Origin: Candidatus Hermodarchaeota archaeon
Lineage (GTDB): Archaea > Asgardarchaeota > Thorarchaeia > Thorarchaeales > Thorarchaeaceae
Length of the DNA stretch: 64,000 nt
Reading direction: 5' to 3'
NCBI GenBank assembly: GCA_048885865.1
Contig: JBHLLF010000001.1
Location: 128,001-192,000, forward strand
Part shown: one piece after another, positions 28,625 through 38,798 of the stretch
Numbering within the stretch: the stretch's first letter is position 1
How the letters are laid out: every line of letters starts with the position of its first letter
Position numbers and translations under genes: made by a program
The notes under the pieces: generated by a model
Told to the model about the DNA's origin: nothing
Seen by the model: only the letters and a program-made list of their open reading frames with translations
Database searches by the model: none

Positions 28625-30373
28625 TCATTCTTTCGGCGTATCAAACAGGTCGATGAATCTGAACCTATCAACATCAACCAAGCCCCTATCAGTTATCTTG
28701 AGTTTTGGTATCACAGGCAAAGAGAGGAAAGCCATGGTCATGAAAGGCTCACTAAGTGTACTTCCGATGGTCTTTGCGGCATCTTTTAGTTCCTGTATCT
28801 TCTCACTGACTACTTCTATTGTCTGATCTGACATTAGACCTGCAATAGGAAGTGGCAATGAAGCAATGACCTTCTCATCTCTCACTATCGCCAATCCGCC
28901 TTGCATTCGGACAATCTGAACTGCAGCTGCGATTAGGTCTCTGTCGTTGGTTGCTACCGCAACTATGTTGTGACTATCATGAGCAATGGAACTGACCATA
29001 GCTCCTTCCTTTAGACCAAGACCTTTCACAAATCCTATGCCAGTCACATCAGATGCATTGTGCCTTTCAATGATTGCAATCTTTGAAATGTCTCTGTCCA
29101 CATCCGGAATTGCCAGCCCGTCCTCAATCCTAGTTTCCTCAACAAGATGTTTAGTGATAATCTGATCAGGTATAATTCCTATGACATTCATCTTATCGCC
29201 CCGGGCCTTGACCTGGAAATCTTCTGGATCTAGCCATGTTATGTTGACCGATCTTCGGAGCCTTGGCGGTTCGTGCTCTCCAATATCCCAAATCAGCTTC
29301 CCTTTGGATGCAACCACTGCACCATTCTTGTAAACGCTATGGACGTTGATATCCTTCAGATTATCAAGTACTGCAATGTCAGCATGATAGCCGGGTGCAA
29401 TGGCTCCTCTATACTGGAGACCGTAGTGCAGAGCTGTCGATATAGTGGCTACTCGAATGGCTTGGACTGGATCCACACCATAGGATACTGCATCACGAAT
29501 CAGACTGTCAATATGCCCCCTTTCAAGTAAATCCAATGTGTTGCGGTCATCAGTCACAAAACTGCAGAGCAAGGAGGTGTGCGGCTGGATGAGCAGTGCA
29601 AGGTCCTTGAGGTTCTTTGCAGTCGATCCCTCCCTGATATGAATGTGCATCCCCACGGCAAGCTTGGCTTCTGCTTCCTCTAATGTGTAACACTCATGTT
29701 CAGATGTAATCCTAGCAGCAGCATACGCGTTCAGTTCCATTCCTGCAAGGTCAGGAGCATGACCATCAATTCTCTTTCCTGTTGCCAGTGTCACTCTGAT
29801 CTTCTCAAGAATGTCGGGATCTCTATAAACAACTCCGGGATAGTTCATAGCTTCTGCGAGTCCCAAAACATAGTGCTCTGAAAGGAGTGGTTTGATGTCT
29901 AAGAAATCTAGGGCTACCCCATTTGTTTCCAAATCGGTTGATGGCACACATGATGGGAGCATGATGTAAAACTCAAGTGGTCCTCCTCTCATGGACTTGG
30001 ACATGTACATGATTCCCTCGAGTCCTAACACATTTGCGATTTCATGAGGGTCGGCAACAACCGCCCCTGTCCCATGGGGCACCACTGCTCTCGCATATTG
30101 GAGGGGCATGACCATGGATGACTCAATGTGCACATGGGCATCGAAGAACGAAGGAACAATGTACTTGCCCTTGAGATCAACGGTATTGCTGCCAACATAC
30201 TTTCCAATTCCTGCGATGTAGCCTTGGTGAATCGCAACATCTCCCTCGATTATATCTCCGGAAAAGACGTTGACCACTGAAGCATTTTTCAGGACGAGAT
30301 CAGATCGAGTTCTTCCAGCGGCAACATCAATCATCTGGTCAAGGGGGTAGGTATCGGTTTGCGGTGTAGCCAA
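28625..30373 (-). CDS. ade: Adenine deaminase
   Basis: DAHVHIESSM, DPHEIANVLG, LAEAMNYPG, IDGHAP, IREGS, AHDSHN. Confidence 0.95.
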   Translation of the reverse strand: MATPQTDTYPLDQMIDVAAGRTRSDLVLKNASVVNVFSGDIIEGDVAIHQGYIAGIGKYVGSNTVDLKGKYIVPSFFDAHVHIESSMVMPLQYARAVVPHGTGAVVADPHEIANVLGLEGIMYMSKSMRGGPLEFYIMLPSCVPSTDLETNGVALDFLDIKPLLSEHYVLGLAEAMNYPGVVYRDPDILEKIRVTLATGKRIDGHAPDLAGMELNAYAAARITSEHECYTLEEAEAKLAVGMHIHIREGSTAKNLKDLALLIQPHTSLLCSFVTDDRNTLDLLERGHIDSLIRDAVSYGVDPVQAIRVATISTALHYGLQYRGAIAPGYHADIAVLDNLKDINVHSVYKNGAVVASKGKLIWDIGEHEPPRLRRSVNITWLDPEDFQVKARGDKMNVIGIIPDQIITKHLVEETRIEDGLAIPDVDRDISKIAIIERHNASDVTGIGFVKGLGLKEGAMVSSIAHDSHNIVAVATNDRDLIAAAVQIVRMQGGLAIVRDEKVIASLPLPIAGLMSDQTIEVVSEKIQELKDAAKTIGSTLSEPFMTMAFLSLPVIPKLKITDRGLVDVDRFRFIDLFDTPKE

Positions 30374-30681
30374 TCCTCTTCACTCCTTTAGTTTCTCTAC
30401 TCAGACAGACAACAAGAAAGGGTTTCCGGTGTCATCATATTATGCATGGTTTTTTCCATATGCACCTGACCCGAGTCAAGGTTAACTTGTTAAACCTCAC
30501 TCCTTGCTCTCCTCTAGGCTTCACTTGGATACAGCTGCAGCGGTCATACCCATTTTCTGAGTCAGAAAAGTCACCCTTCAAATGCCTCGAAATTTCAGGT
30601 TCATATACTCAGAAACTGAATATGGACGTCAATAGAGAATAATGCTTGTTTAGACAAAGCAGCAGAATTGCATAACTGGTG

Positions 30682-31446
30682 TTAATCCTTCTTTACGCCA
30701 ACAACGATCAGCCTTCTAGCTGTGTTATCATATACGCCCCCATCAAGTCCACCATAGGCACGCACATCTACGAAACCCACTGATCTAAGTAATGACTTCA
30801 GCTCTGTGGCTGAGTAGATATAGTGAGTGACAATCCATTCATGTCTTGTCCCGTCCTGTGTAATCAATATCCAAGTGTTGTGAAACTTCCCCCAATCATC
30901 AACGGGTTTTCTTCGTTCAAGATAGATGCCATACTCCCCTTCGCTCCAGTCCGCTTCTTTGTATATTCTTGCTAGAATTTCCTTCCCCATTACATCAATG
31001 ATGAGACGACCGCCAGGTCTGAGAGATTTGTATACATTATCCAGCACAATCATCTGCTGACTATCGTCATCGAAGTATCCAAACGAAGTGAACATACTCA
31101 AGACAACATCAAAGCTTTTCTCTCGCACAAACTCTCTCATGTCCATCAGCACAAACTCAGTTGAGAGGCCTTCATTCTTTGCTGTGCCCTTGGCTATCTC
31201 TAGGTAGGACTTGGTTCTATCAACACCAGTGACCTTGTATCCTCTTCTTGCGAATTCATTTGAATGCCGGCCGATTCCGCAACACAAGTCCAAGATTTCA
31301 TCTTCAGTTGACATCTCTAATAGCTCGATGATCTTGTCTACTTCTTCGATGGTCATCTCAATCCTCTGTTCACTGAACATGACCCGCCCAAATCTTTCCC
31401 ACAGTTCATCCCTTTCATACCAGGGTGTCTTATCATCAGCTGGCAT
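30682..31446 (-). CDS. Class I SAM-dependent methyltransferase
   Basis: ILDLCCGIGRH, VTGVD, FTSFGYF, LRPGG. Confidence 0.9.
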   Translation of the reverse strand: MPADDKTPWYERDELWERFGRVMFSEQRIEMTIEEVDKIIELLEMSTEDEILDLCCGIGRHSNEFARRGYKVTGVDRTKSYLEIAKGTAKNEGLSTEFVLMDMREFVREKSFDVVLSMFTSFGYFDDDSQQMIVLDNVYKSLRPGGRLIIDVMGKEILARIYKEADWSEGEYGIYLERRKPVDDWGKFHNTWILITQDGTRHEWIVTHYIYSATELKSLLRSVGFVDVRAYGGLDGGVYDNTARRLIVVGVKKD

Positions 31447-31608
31447 GGCGAATACCCCGATAGATAAACGGAAGAAGGTCCATTTCAACTTTCGGTCAAG
31501 AGTTGCTGTCCAATTCCATTTCGTTTGATTTTTAACTGACATCTGGCGGGGACAGATAGAGATTCAGTAGCAATAGCGACTGTATCTTTTGAGTTATGGA
31601 GACGATTA

Positions 31609-32286
31609 ATGATGACGTGGCTGGAAAGACACCCCATCAGAACGGACTCCAAGAGCATTGCCCTTTTGGCCATCTTCACTTCAATGGTCGTTGCACTTGA
31701 AGTATTCCCGATTGTTGGCGTGACCGACCTCGGACTTCCAGGCGGCTTCACAATTGATTGGACTGGAATCCCGATTGTGATTGTCTTCTTAGGATTAGGC
31801 TTTGTCTATTCGCTTGTGGCAATAGCCGCAATGTGGATGGCAATTGCTTATCGCAATTTCAATGGTGCAGCCTTCAAGGGCTTTGCTGAACTTCACACAA
31901 TAATGGGATTGCTTATCGCCAAGATTCTGATGATGCGTTTCCAATTCGACAAAAGAATTCGAATCCTTGTCTATCTAATATTCGGGACCGTCTTTAGAGT
32001 CATAGGCATGTTCTTCACGAACATCTACCTACTGCAGTTCTTCTATGGATTTACTCCTGAGGCTGCTATCTTGGGTGCGGCTGGGTATTCCCTGCCAAAC
32101 GTGCTTCAAGCAATCATCAATATATTGGGTGGAGTGGTGCTTTATCACCTAATCCCCGAGTCATTGGCACTTCAGGCGGGCCTAGGGGATGACGCCGGCA
32201 GCGCGTCTTCTAGGGTTGAAGAGCTTCCGTTAGAAGAAATTGAGAGTTCTCAGTCAGATGACCCCGCGTTCGGAGGTCAGGGATGA
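31609..32286 (+). CDS. ECF transporter S-component-like membrane protein
   Basis: ~6 TMs; IALLAIFTS..ALE and IDWTGIP resemble S components. Confidence 0.65.
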   Translation: MMTWLERHPIRTDSKSIALLAIFTSMVVALEVFPIVGVTDLGLPGGFTIDWTGIPIVIVFLGLGFVYSLVAIAAMWMAIAYRNFNGAAFKGFAELHTIMGLLIAKILMMRFQFDKRIRILVYLIFGTVFRVIGMFFTNIYLLQFFYGFTPEAAILGAAGYSLPNVLQAIINILGGVVLYHLIPESLALQAGLGDDAGSASSRVEELPLEEIESSQSDDPAFGGQG

Positions 32287-32293
32287 ATCAGCA

Positions 32294-33049
32294 ATGAAGA
32301 ATCGAGAACTCACCATAGTGCCAATTCGGGAGATTCCCCTGATTAAACCAGGGGATGACCTCCCCTCTCTTTTTGCTGAGAAGCTGAGCGGCATTCGAGA
32401 GGAGATTGAATCAGGCGATGTCCTCGTGGTATCACACACGATTGTGTCTATGGCTGAGGGACGACTCTATTTGCTTTCAGAGATTGAGGTTTCTGATAAA
32501 GCAAAGCAACTCTCATTGAAGTTGGAAAGAGAACCAGAGTATATACAGCTAGCATTGGACAATTCCGTCGAAATAATCCGGGAAGCACCTGTATTGATTA
32601 CGAGAACTGCCCAGGGACTTATTACTGACTTTTCTGGTGTCGACAAGAGCAATGCTCCACCAGGTCATGCATTGGCACTTCCCGTCGACCCGGACAATTC
32701 GGCTCAAGCGATACATCATGCCATTTCTAATGAGCTTGGGATTAGGATACCTGTAATCATTGCTGACACCCAAGGTCGACCTTGGAGGAGAGGTGCGATC
32801 AACCTGGCAATTGGCATCGCTGGCATGACACCTTTTGCTGAGAATGCCGGCAGAATGGACCGCTTTGGAAGAACGCTTAGGAGCTCCCGTGTGTGCCTTG
32901 CTGATGAACTTGCGGCAGCAGCCGAGCTTGTCATGGGCCAAACTGGAGAAGGGATTCCAGCTGCCATAATACGGGGATTGAATCTTGAAGATGAACAGGG
33001 GTCTGTTCAAGAGGTCCTTAGAAATTCCGATAGAAACCTCTTTAGTTAG
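32294..33049 (+). CDS. cofE: Coenzyme F420-0:L-glutamate ligase
   Basis: IPLIKPGDDL, IVSMAEGR, GVDKSN, ADTQGRPWRRG, ADELAAAAELVMG. Confidence 0.92.
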   Translation: MKNRELTIVPIREIPLIKPGDDLPSLFAEKLSGIREEIESGDVLVVSHTIVSMAEGRLYLLSEIEVSDKAKQLSLKLEREPEYIQLALDNSVEIIREAPVLITRTAQGLITDFSGVDKSNAPPGHALALPVDPDNSAQAIHHAISNELGIRIPVIIADTQGRPWRRGAINLAIGIAGMTPFAENAGRMDRFGRTLRSSRVCLADELAAAAELVMGQTGEGIPAAIIRGLNLEDEQGSVQEVLRNSDRNLFS

Positions 33050-33053
33050 AATA

Positions 33054-33596
33054 TCAACCCATCAACAGGGCTAAGGTTTCAGCCATGTCGTTCTCACTCC
33101 AGAGACCTACATGGTACCATCTTACATACCCTTCTTTATCAATAATCACGATTGAAGGGATATACTGGACATTGAAATAACTGGTGAAGACACTCTGACT
33201 ATCAAGACCATGTGGCCAAGGTAGATTCTTGTCCTCCATATAGGCTGCCATCATGGCGGCGGTTTCGTCTTTATCAACAGTGAGGGATATCAAATAGATG
33301 CTCTTGCTCATATTGTTGTATAGGGTCTTAAAATTCTCATTTTGAGTTTCGCAGGCACCGCACCAAGTTGCCATAAGATCAATGACCACAAACCGACTGC
33401 GTAACGAATGCAGAGAAATAATGCTCTCATTAGACAACATGAGATTCCAGTCAGGCAATTGTATTCCCCTACTCTTTAGGTCAACATCCTCTTCGATGCT
33501 GCCTTCATCAAATGTGAGGAACGTAAAACCAACAGCGAATCCAATAACAACAATGGACGCAACAGCTATGACTACAAGTGCCTTCTCTGCTTGCAT
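33054..33596 (-). CDS. Membrane-anchored TlpA/redoxin family protein
   Basis: N-terminal TM; ATWCGAC; YIPSIVIIDKEG. Confidence 0.88.
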   Translation of the reverse strand: MQAEKALVVIAVASIVVIGFAVGFTFLTFDEGSIEEDVDLKSRGIQLPDWNLMLSNESIISLHSLRSRFVVIDLMATWCGACETQNENFKTLYNNMSKSIYLISLTVDKDETAAMMAAYMEDKNLPWPHGLDSQSVFTSYFNVQYIPSIVIIDKEGYVRWYHVGLWSENDMAETLALLMG

Positions 33597-33728
33597 TTTG
33601 CAACCTCAACAGAGCTCGGATGTGCATACATATCGCACACCGCTAATAAGAATTGGGAAGTGGACAAAGTCTTGAAGGTGGAAGTGCACGCCACAGATAT
33701 CCTTAGATATTCTAGAACTCATCTCGTC

Positions 33729-34685
33729 ATGAGCAAAATGGCTGAAGGAAAAGGAAGGTTCATACCTGCATTCATTTTCACTATTGCTGGGATTGCTGCA
33801 GCCGTATACGCGGTTGTCAGGGTCACTGGGATAATCGGTGGTCCATTGGCATCAACTGACCTCGTTCGACAGATAGACGGTGGATTTGCTATCGATACGA
33901 TTACTGTCATGGCTATTGTGCTCCCGATCTATTTGATAGAGTTCATCTTGCTCTCTGTTCCATTTGCTGCCATCATGATGCTTATGAACAGGCTCTATCG
34001 GGCGAAATCCTACACCCAGAGTGTAATAGCCGTTGGAATTAGATTCGGAGCCATGCGCATCATTCGAAGAGCTTTAGTGCCTTCACTATTTGCATTGTCA
34101 TTCAGCGAAATCATGATTCAAATATTCCCTGATACAATCTTGGCCGTTCCCGTATATCCTGCGGAAGTTGCCTATACTGGTGTAGTACGCCTAACTGAAC
34201 CACTAATCTGGCTCCTAGGAGCTCTGATTGCTGTGGTAATTGCGGTTCCGTTGTATTCACCAACATGGATTCTCAATGACTCTGGTATTGTGACTCATTT
34301 GAAGAAGAATGAATTAGAGATGAGGAGATGCCCAGATACGGAGGGCGTGGGCAAATGGTTCGGCCAGTATCTAACCGGATTTGCGATTCTCTCCTACCCG
34401 GTTGCGATTGCTAGCAAGTTCATTATAGTTCTGCCGCGACTCATCCTTGAACGTGGCGGCATAATAGGTTGGGATTATATCATTGAAAGTCTTGTCTGGA
34501 TAGCTGGTCTGCCTCTTATCGTGATGGCATTCATTCTGCCTGTGATTATTGTGAACGAATTCGCTCTCCCCAAAACATCATCCATTATACAAAGGGCTGC
34601 ACGAAGGTTCGGTGCAGAAGACCTTAGACATGTGGACGTAGAGCCGTTTCTAAATCGGGATGAAACTGGGTATTCAGTGCAGTAG
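33729..34685 (+). CDS. Hypothetical multi-pass membrane protein
   Basis: ~6 hydrophobic segments; start reassigned to 33729. Confidence 0.7.
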   Translation: MSKMAEGKGRFIPAFIFTIAGIAAAVYAVVRVTGIIGGPLASTDLVRQIDGGFAIDTITVMAIVLPIYLIEFILLSVPFAAIMMLMNRLYRAKSYTQSVIAVGIRFGAMRIIRRALVPSLFALSFSEIMIQIFPDTILAVPVYPAEVAYTGVVRLTEPLIWLLGALIAVVIAVPLYSPTWILNDSGIVTHLKKNELEMRRCPDTEGVGKWFGQYLTGFAILSYPVAIASKFIIVLPRLILERGGIIGWDYIIESLVWIAGLPLIVMAFILPVIIVNEFALPKTSSIIQRAARRFGAEDLRHVDVEPFLNRDETGYSVQ

Positions 34686-35283
34686 GGTTTGGATCCCATG
34701 GAGTATCGACGAATAGCACCCTATGCGGTCGTGATTTGCGATCGATTATGACATGACCTCTCTCTGCTAGTACCTTGACATACTTCTGGACTTTCCCCTT
34801 CTTGATTTTGCTCCCTGCAGAGAGGTCTGCGTATGTCCCTCCTCTGGATTCCTGGATGACGCAGAGCAGCTGATACTCAGGTAGATTGAGAACCACCGAT
34901 CGTAGTGCGTCGTTTTCGCGAAGCACACCCTCCTCATCTGCCAAGAGTAGTCTGGAGACCTTTGCCTTCAATTTCGAGATTTCAGCCAAGAGCTTGACTC
35001 TATCAGATTCAAAACGAGAGAAGATGCCGCTAGAGGTATGTAGCAGCTCTGTGCTCAAGTCATTTGCGAGCCCGTCAATTGCCTCTCTGGACGCTAGACG
35101 TGCCTCTCTCACTAGACCAGTGAGGTCACTAGAGTCAAGCCATTCCCCATCAATGAGTTTCTCCACTTCAGAATAGTAATTCTCTAATCGACGTACCCAG
35201 AGATCACGTTTGCCTTGAAGCACACCAGCGATTCTCAGGGTTGACCTTGCCGCAGTATCTTCATGACTACTCATATGGCTCAC
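34624..35283 (-). CDS. Coiled-coil protein with C-terminal winged helix
   Basis: TYADLS...KVQKYVKVLAERGHV HTH pattern. Confidence 0.6.
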   Translation of the reverse strand: MSHMSSHEDTAARSTLRIAGVLQGKRDLWVRRLENYYSEVEKLIDGEWLDSSDLTGLVREARLASREAIDGLANDLSTELLHTSSGIFSRFESDRVKLLAEISKLKAKVSRLLLADEEGVLRENDALRSVVLNLPEYQLLCVIQESRGGTYADLSAGSKIKKGKVQKYVKVLAERGHVIIDRKSRPHRVLFVDTPWDPNPTALNTQFHPDLETALRPHV

Positions 35284-35354
35284 TCTAGACTCTACTGCAT
35301 TGACAGAAAATAGGAGCTAGTGTCACGTAGATATGATGGACTATCATACATAGT

Positions 35355-36044
35355 CTAGATCCAAGTAATGGTGTTCAGCAATTCTTCGATAGGTCGTGGG
35401 AAGTAGTCTTGGTGCCTTAATCTGGAGTCAGCAGCAAGTTCAGTGCCTTCATCGAAGACTAGGTGCTCAAGCTTCATTGCTCCAAAGATGGAAGAGATGT
35501 TCAATGTATTGAAATGATTGCCGTTCAAAAGCAGATATCGCAGGTCGGTGAATCTTGCCAGCGGTGAAAGGTCTAGCCGTGTTAGGTTGTTGTTAGCTAG
35601 AACCAGGTACTGCAGACGGGTGCATCTGACTAAGGGCATGAGGTTCACTTCACTTAGCTGGTTGTTTGATAGGTAGAGCCACTTGATGCCTCTTAGATCC
35701 GCAAGTGGTGAAAGGTCGATGGTGTTCAATCTATTCTGTGACAAGTCAAGAGCTTGCAGCTTGGATGACCGGCTGAGAGGAGAAAGATCGATTGTTTCAA
35801 TCTGATTGTCGCTTAGAATCAACATCCTCATGTTGGCACATTCATACAAAGGATCAAGGTCAACCTCTGATATGGCATTGGACTTCAAGTTCACAGTTTC
35901 CAGGTCTCTAAACGAGGCTAATGGGACCAAGCTAATATTGGCTATATTCATGCCCTTCAGGTCGAGGTCAGTGACATAGATGTCTTTGTCTGTTTGAAGT
36001 TGCTCGCCTACCTCTGTGGTAAATCTAATTACGACCCTACCCAG
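35355..36044 (-). CDS. Leucine-rich repeat protein
   Basis: ~7 repeats of 23 aa, LxxLxLxxNxLxxIDLSPL; probable CTG start at 36044 after GAGGAG. Confidence 0.9.
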   Translation of the reverse strand: MGRVVIRFTTEVGEQLQTDKDIYVTDLDLKGMNIANISLVPLASFRDLETVNLKSNAISEVDLDPLYECANMRMLILSDNQIETIDLSPLSRSSKLQALDLSQNRLNTIDLSPLADLRGIKWLYLSNNQLSEVNLMPLVRCTRLQYLVLANNNLTRLDLSPLARFTDLRYLLLNGNHFNTLNISSIFGAMKLEHLVFDEGTELAADSRLRHQDYFPRPIEELLNTITWI

Positions 36045-36212
36045 TTCTACCGACTCCTCTCTCAGGCTGATTTTTACAATACAAATTGCCTCATGACTTT
36101 TACGCTCTTCGCGTGCCGCACATATTTCCATTTGTGCATCGATGTAAAAAGGTTCTGGGAAGTACAAAATGAAACCAAATCATGCCATTTGCATCGTGCG
36201 GTATGTTCGTTC

Positions 36213-36761
36213 CTAGTACTTAACAATACGAGTCTTTTCGACGTGTGCCCATGGAATCGGATCTGGTGTTGTACTCTTTATTCGATTCACAAGTTCTAGC
36301 ATCCCTTCTGGATTATGAATGTCACCAAACTCCATTATAGCTTCCTCCTCGTCGTCCTTTGTGTATATTCTGAGGGCGCCTAGGTTTATCACCCTGGACT
36401 GAGGTGGGGTGTGAATCTCGAATCTGTCAATCTCATCATAGAAGACTCGAGTTGTCATTCTATTATACGAGCCTTTCATCACACGCAGATTCCATGTTGT
36501 GACAACATAGACAGTGTATCTTTTCTTGTATTCCCCAATGCCCCATAAGAGCAGAGCGAAGAGCATTCCTCCCATCCCCAACCACCACGCAAGCTCATCA
36601 TATGCAACGACTCCCGCAGCCACTGATATCATGAAGAGCCACCCTATAATGAAAAAAACGGCACCGAGAACATACAGATACAAGAATCCTGTTCGTGCGG
36701 GATGAAATGTCGCCAGAAGTTTCTCGCGGTTCTCCTGTGGAATGACTAACTGCTCGGTCAT
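36213..36761 (-). CDS. Bacterial PH-domain (bPH) membrane protein
   Basis: Two TMs followed by YVVTT..LRV..G..and NLGALRIYT pattern. Confidence 0.7.
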   Translation of the reverse strand: MTEQLVIPQENREKLLATFHPARTGFLYLYVLGAVFFIIGWLFMISVAAGVVAYDELAWWLGMGGMLFALLLWGIGEYKKRYTVYVVTTWNLRVMKGSYNRMTTRVFYDEIDRFEIHTPPQSRVINLGALRIYTKDDEEEAIMEFGDIHNPEGMLELVNRIKSTTPDPIPWAHVEKTRIVKY

Positions 36762-36814
36762 GGAGATCACGGAAGGTGACCATCACATCGGTCTTATCAA
36801 GTTGTCGCGGGCAA

Positions 36815-37471
36815 TCATCTAGGAATTATCGCTCCTTCTTCGGGAATGATACATTTTCCATCAGGAAATTCATATTGGAATTGCTTGCAGAACGATTTTG
36901 GCCTTCTAAAGAGCCAATGCATGGGAACGACAGTTGGGAGAGGGGTATTGAACTTGGCCAGTTGTTCAATAGCAGAATTTGGGGAGGTAGCGACAAGGCC
37001 ACTAATTGGAAGTGCGAACAGGTCTAGATTCTTATCACCAAATCGCTCTAGGTCGACCGAATCTCCGCAGTGACCAAAGGCGAATCCATCTGATTTAATG
37101 ATGACTCCATAGACCACAATCCCTCGGAAGAAACCATGTTCACATTCTACGAATTCTAAAGTGAATTCATCGAAGTTTATCTCTTCACCCAGCTTTGCTT
37201 CGACAGCTCTCTCTCTCCATTTTCCCAACGCATCTATCACTTGTCCATTTCCAACCAGTAATGCCTCAGGATTTCGCTCAAGGAAAATGCCTACTCCTCT
37301 TGTATGATCAAGGTGTTTGTGAGTACAATAGACAACGTCGCCATCATGATCTCCTGACTTCTTGTTTGACGGATCGATCAGAAGGCTCTTAGTCCCAAAC
37401 CTAATTTGAAATCCGGATTGTCCTAGGAATCTTATTTCTGGCCATTTTGACATACTTAGCACCAAGCTCAA
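36815..37471 (-). CDS. MBL-fold metallo-hydrolase
   Basis: FLGQSGF, THKHLDH, HCGDS, VVPMHW. Confidence 0.88.
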   Translation of the reverse strand: MSLVLSMSKWPEIRFLGQSGFQIRFGTKSLLIDPSNKKSGDHDGDVVYCTHKHLDHTRGVGIFLERNPEALLVGNGQVIDALGKWRERAVEAKLGEEINFDEFTLEFVECEHGFFRGIVVYGVIIKSDGFAFGHCGDSVDLERFGDKNLDLFALPISGLVATSPNSAIEQLAKFNTPLPTVVPMHWLFRRPKSFCKQFQYEFPDGKCIIPEEGAIIPR

Positions 37472-37578
37472 TGCTTCAGATGATTAGCATGCGCTCAGCT
37501 TTATATTCATTCAGGAGAATCATACCCCGAGTCTGAGACTATGAATCCCTCAGACTCCCTCGGGGTGTATTAGCGAGC

Positions 37579-38526
37579 ATGCAGGATGTCGTGGTAATTG
37601 CGGCTTTACTAAGGGAGATATCATTTGGAATTCTTCTCGTTGGACTATTCTATACATTTGGAATGTTTCTGATTGGTAGATTGGTTTCAGCAATAGGCGA
37701 ACATGGTACAGATCATGATGTCGAGAAGGAGGTTGACCATGATGTGGAACATGACGTTGACCATGGTGAGATAGAACACGAATTGGATCATGAATATGAT
37801 ATGGATCATGGAGACATCGATCATAGTATTGAACATGAATATGAGGCGGACCACGAGCTAGATGCTGGCTACGAACACGAGATTGGGCATGAATTGGAAA
37901 AGGAAATTGATCATAGTATTGACTATGATGTTGACCATGAAGTTGACCACGATGTGGACCATGATGTGGATATGGACCATGACGTGGAGAAGGAATGGGA
38001 TCAAGAGGTTGATATCGACCATGAACTGGATGTGGAGAAGCAATCAGGTTTCTTCGAGAGCGATAGAGGGGCACCTCTTGGTGTGACAATCGGAACTTCA
38101 TTGCTAAGTTTTGGCTTCTTTGGCTCTATCATTTACTACGATGGTATTGTGATTCCGTTTGCAGGCAAGTTCCTTCTTCATTTTCTTGGAGCTGTTTTAG
38201 TGGTGTACGCAGTTAGAACCGTTCTTGGAAAAGTGTTTGTTGAGTCCGGATTCATGATAGAGCCACGTCATCTTGTAGGCAGGCATGTTGAAGCAGTTTC
38301 GACTATCAGTGACAATTTTGGCGAAGTGCGAACTGACACTGACATGGGCTTGAGACGGTTTCATGCGCGTCCCTTTCAGAAGGGAGTTGTTTTTGAGAGA
38401 GGTACTGGCCTATATGTGGTGTCCGCGAACGAGAAGTTTGTCTATGTGGATCCGCGAAAAGAAGCACTGAAGTGGAGCCATAGGCAAAGCCAGAAACGCA
38501 GTGAAAGTGAAAAAGAAGAAGCCTAG
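37579..38526 (+). CDS. NfeD/YqiJ-like membrane protein with long His/Asp repeat
   Basis: TM, ~110-aa DH-repeat insert, two TMs, C-terminal OB fold (LVGRHVE..FGEVR); upstream of flotillin. Confidence 0.8.
   Translation: MQDVVVIAALLREISFGILLVGLFYTFGMFLIGRLVSAIGEHGTDHDVEKEVDHDVEHDVDHGEIEHELDHEYDMDHGDIDHSIEHEYEADHELDAGYEHEIGHELEKEIDHSIDYDVDHEVDHDVDHDVDMDHDVEKEWDQEVDIDHELDVEKQSGFFESDRGAPLGVTIGTSLLSFGFFGSIIYYDGIVIPFAGKFLLHFLGAVLVVYAVRTVLGKVFVESGFMIEPRHLVGRHVEAVSTISDNFGEVRTDTDMGLRRFHARPFQKGVVFERGTGLYVVSANEKFVYVDPRKEALKWSHRQSQKRSESEKEEA
37699..38040 (+). repeat. Coding 12-bp degenerate tandem repeat (DHDV/EHEL-type tetrapeptide)
   Basis: GAYCAYGAYGTN-like units, e.g. gaccatgatgtg repeated. Confidence 0.85.
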
Positions 38527-38798
38527 AAGGCATTTCTGTGCGCAGGTTTATATCAAGAGAAATCGATAGTCATACAGGTGCGTCTGACCTCAGTGAACTA
38601 CCATCTGAGAGATGATTCAACAGGAGATTCGAAGGCAAGGACTGAATCCACGAGGGCCAAGTCTGACTCAGAGAGTCTGCATGTGATGGATGCAGGGGCC
38701 AAGGCAATGACTTGGAGACTGAAAATGCATATTCAGAGGACAATAGGTCAACTGAGGAGGAGTACTTGAAAACACAATTGTGTGAGTAGAAAGAAAAA

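Noticed and set aside
30374-30500. Purine riboswitch upstream of ade
   Set aside because: Lacks the conserved UUUCUACC and CCGUAAA core in the sense orientation
37550-38101. His-rich 183-aa minus-strand ORF
   Set aside because: Antisense shadow of the DH-repeat coding region
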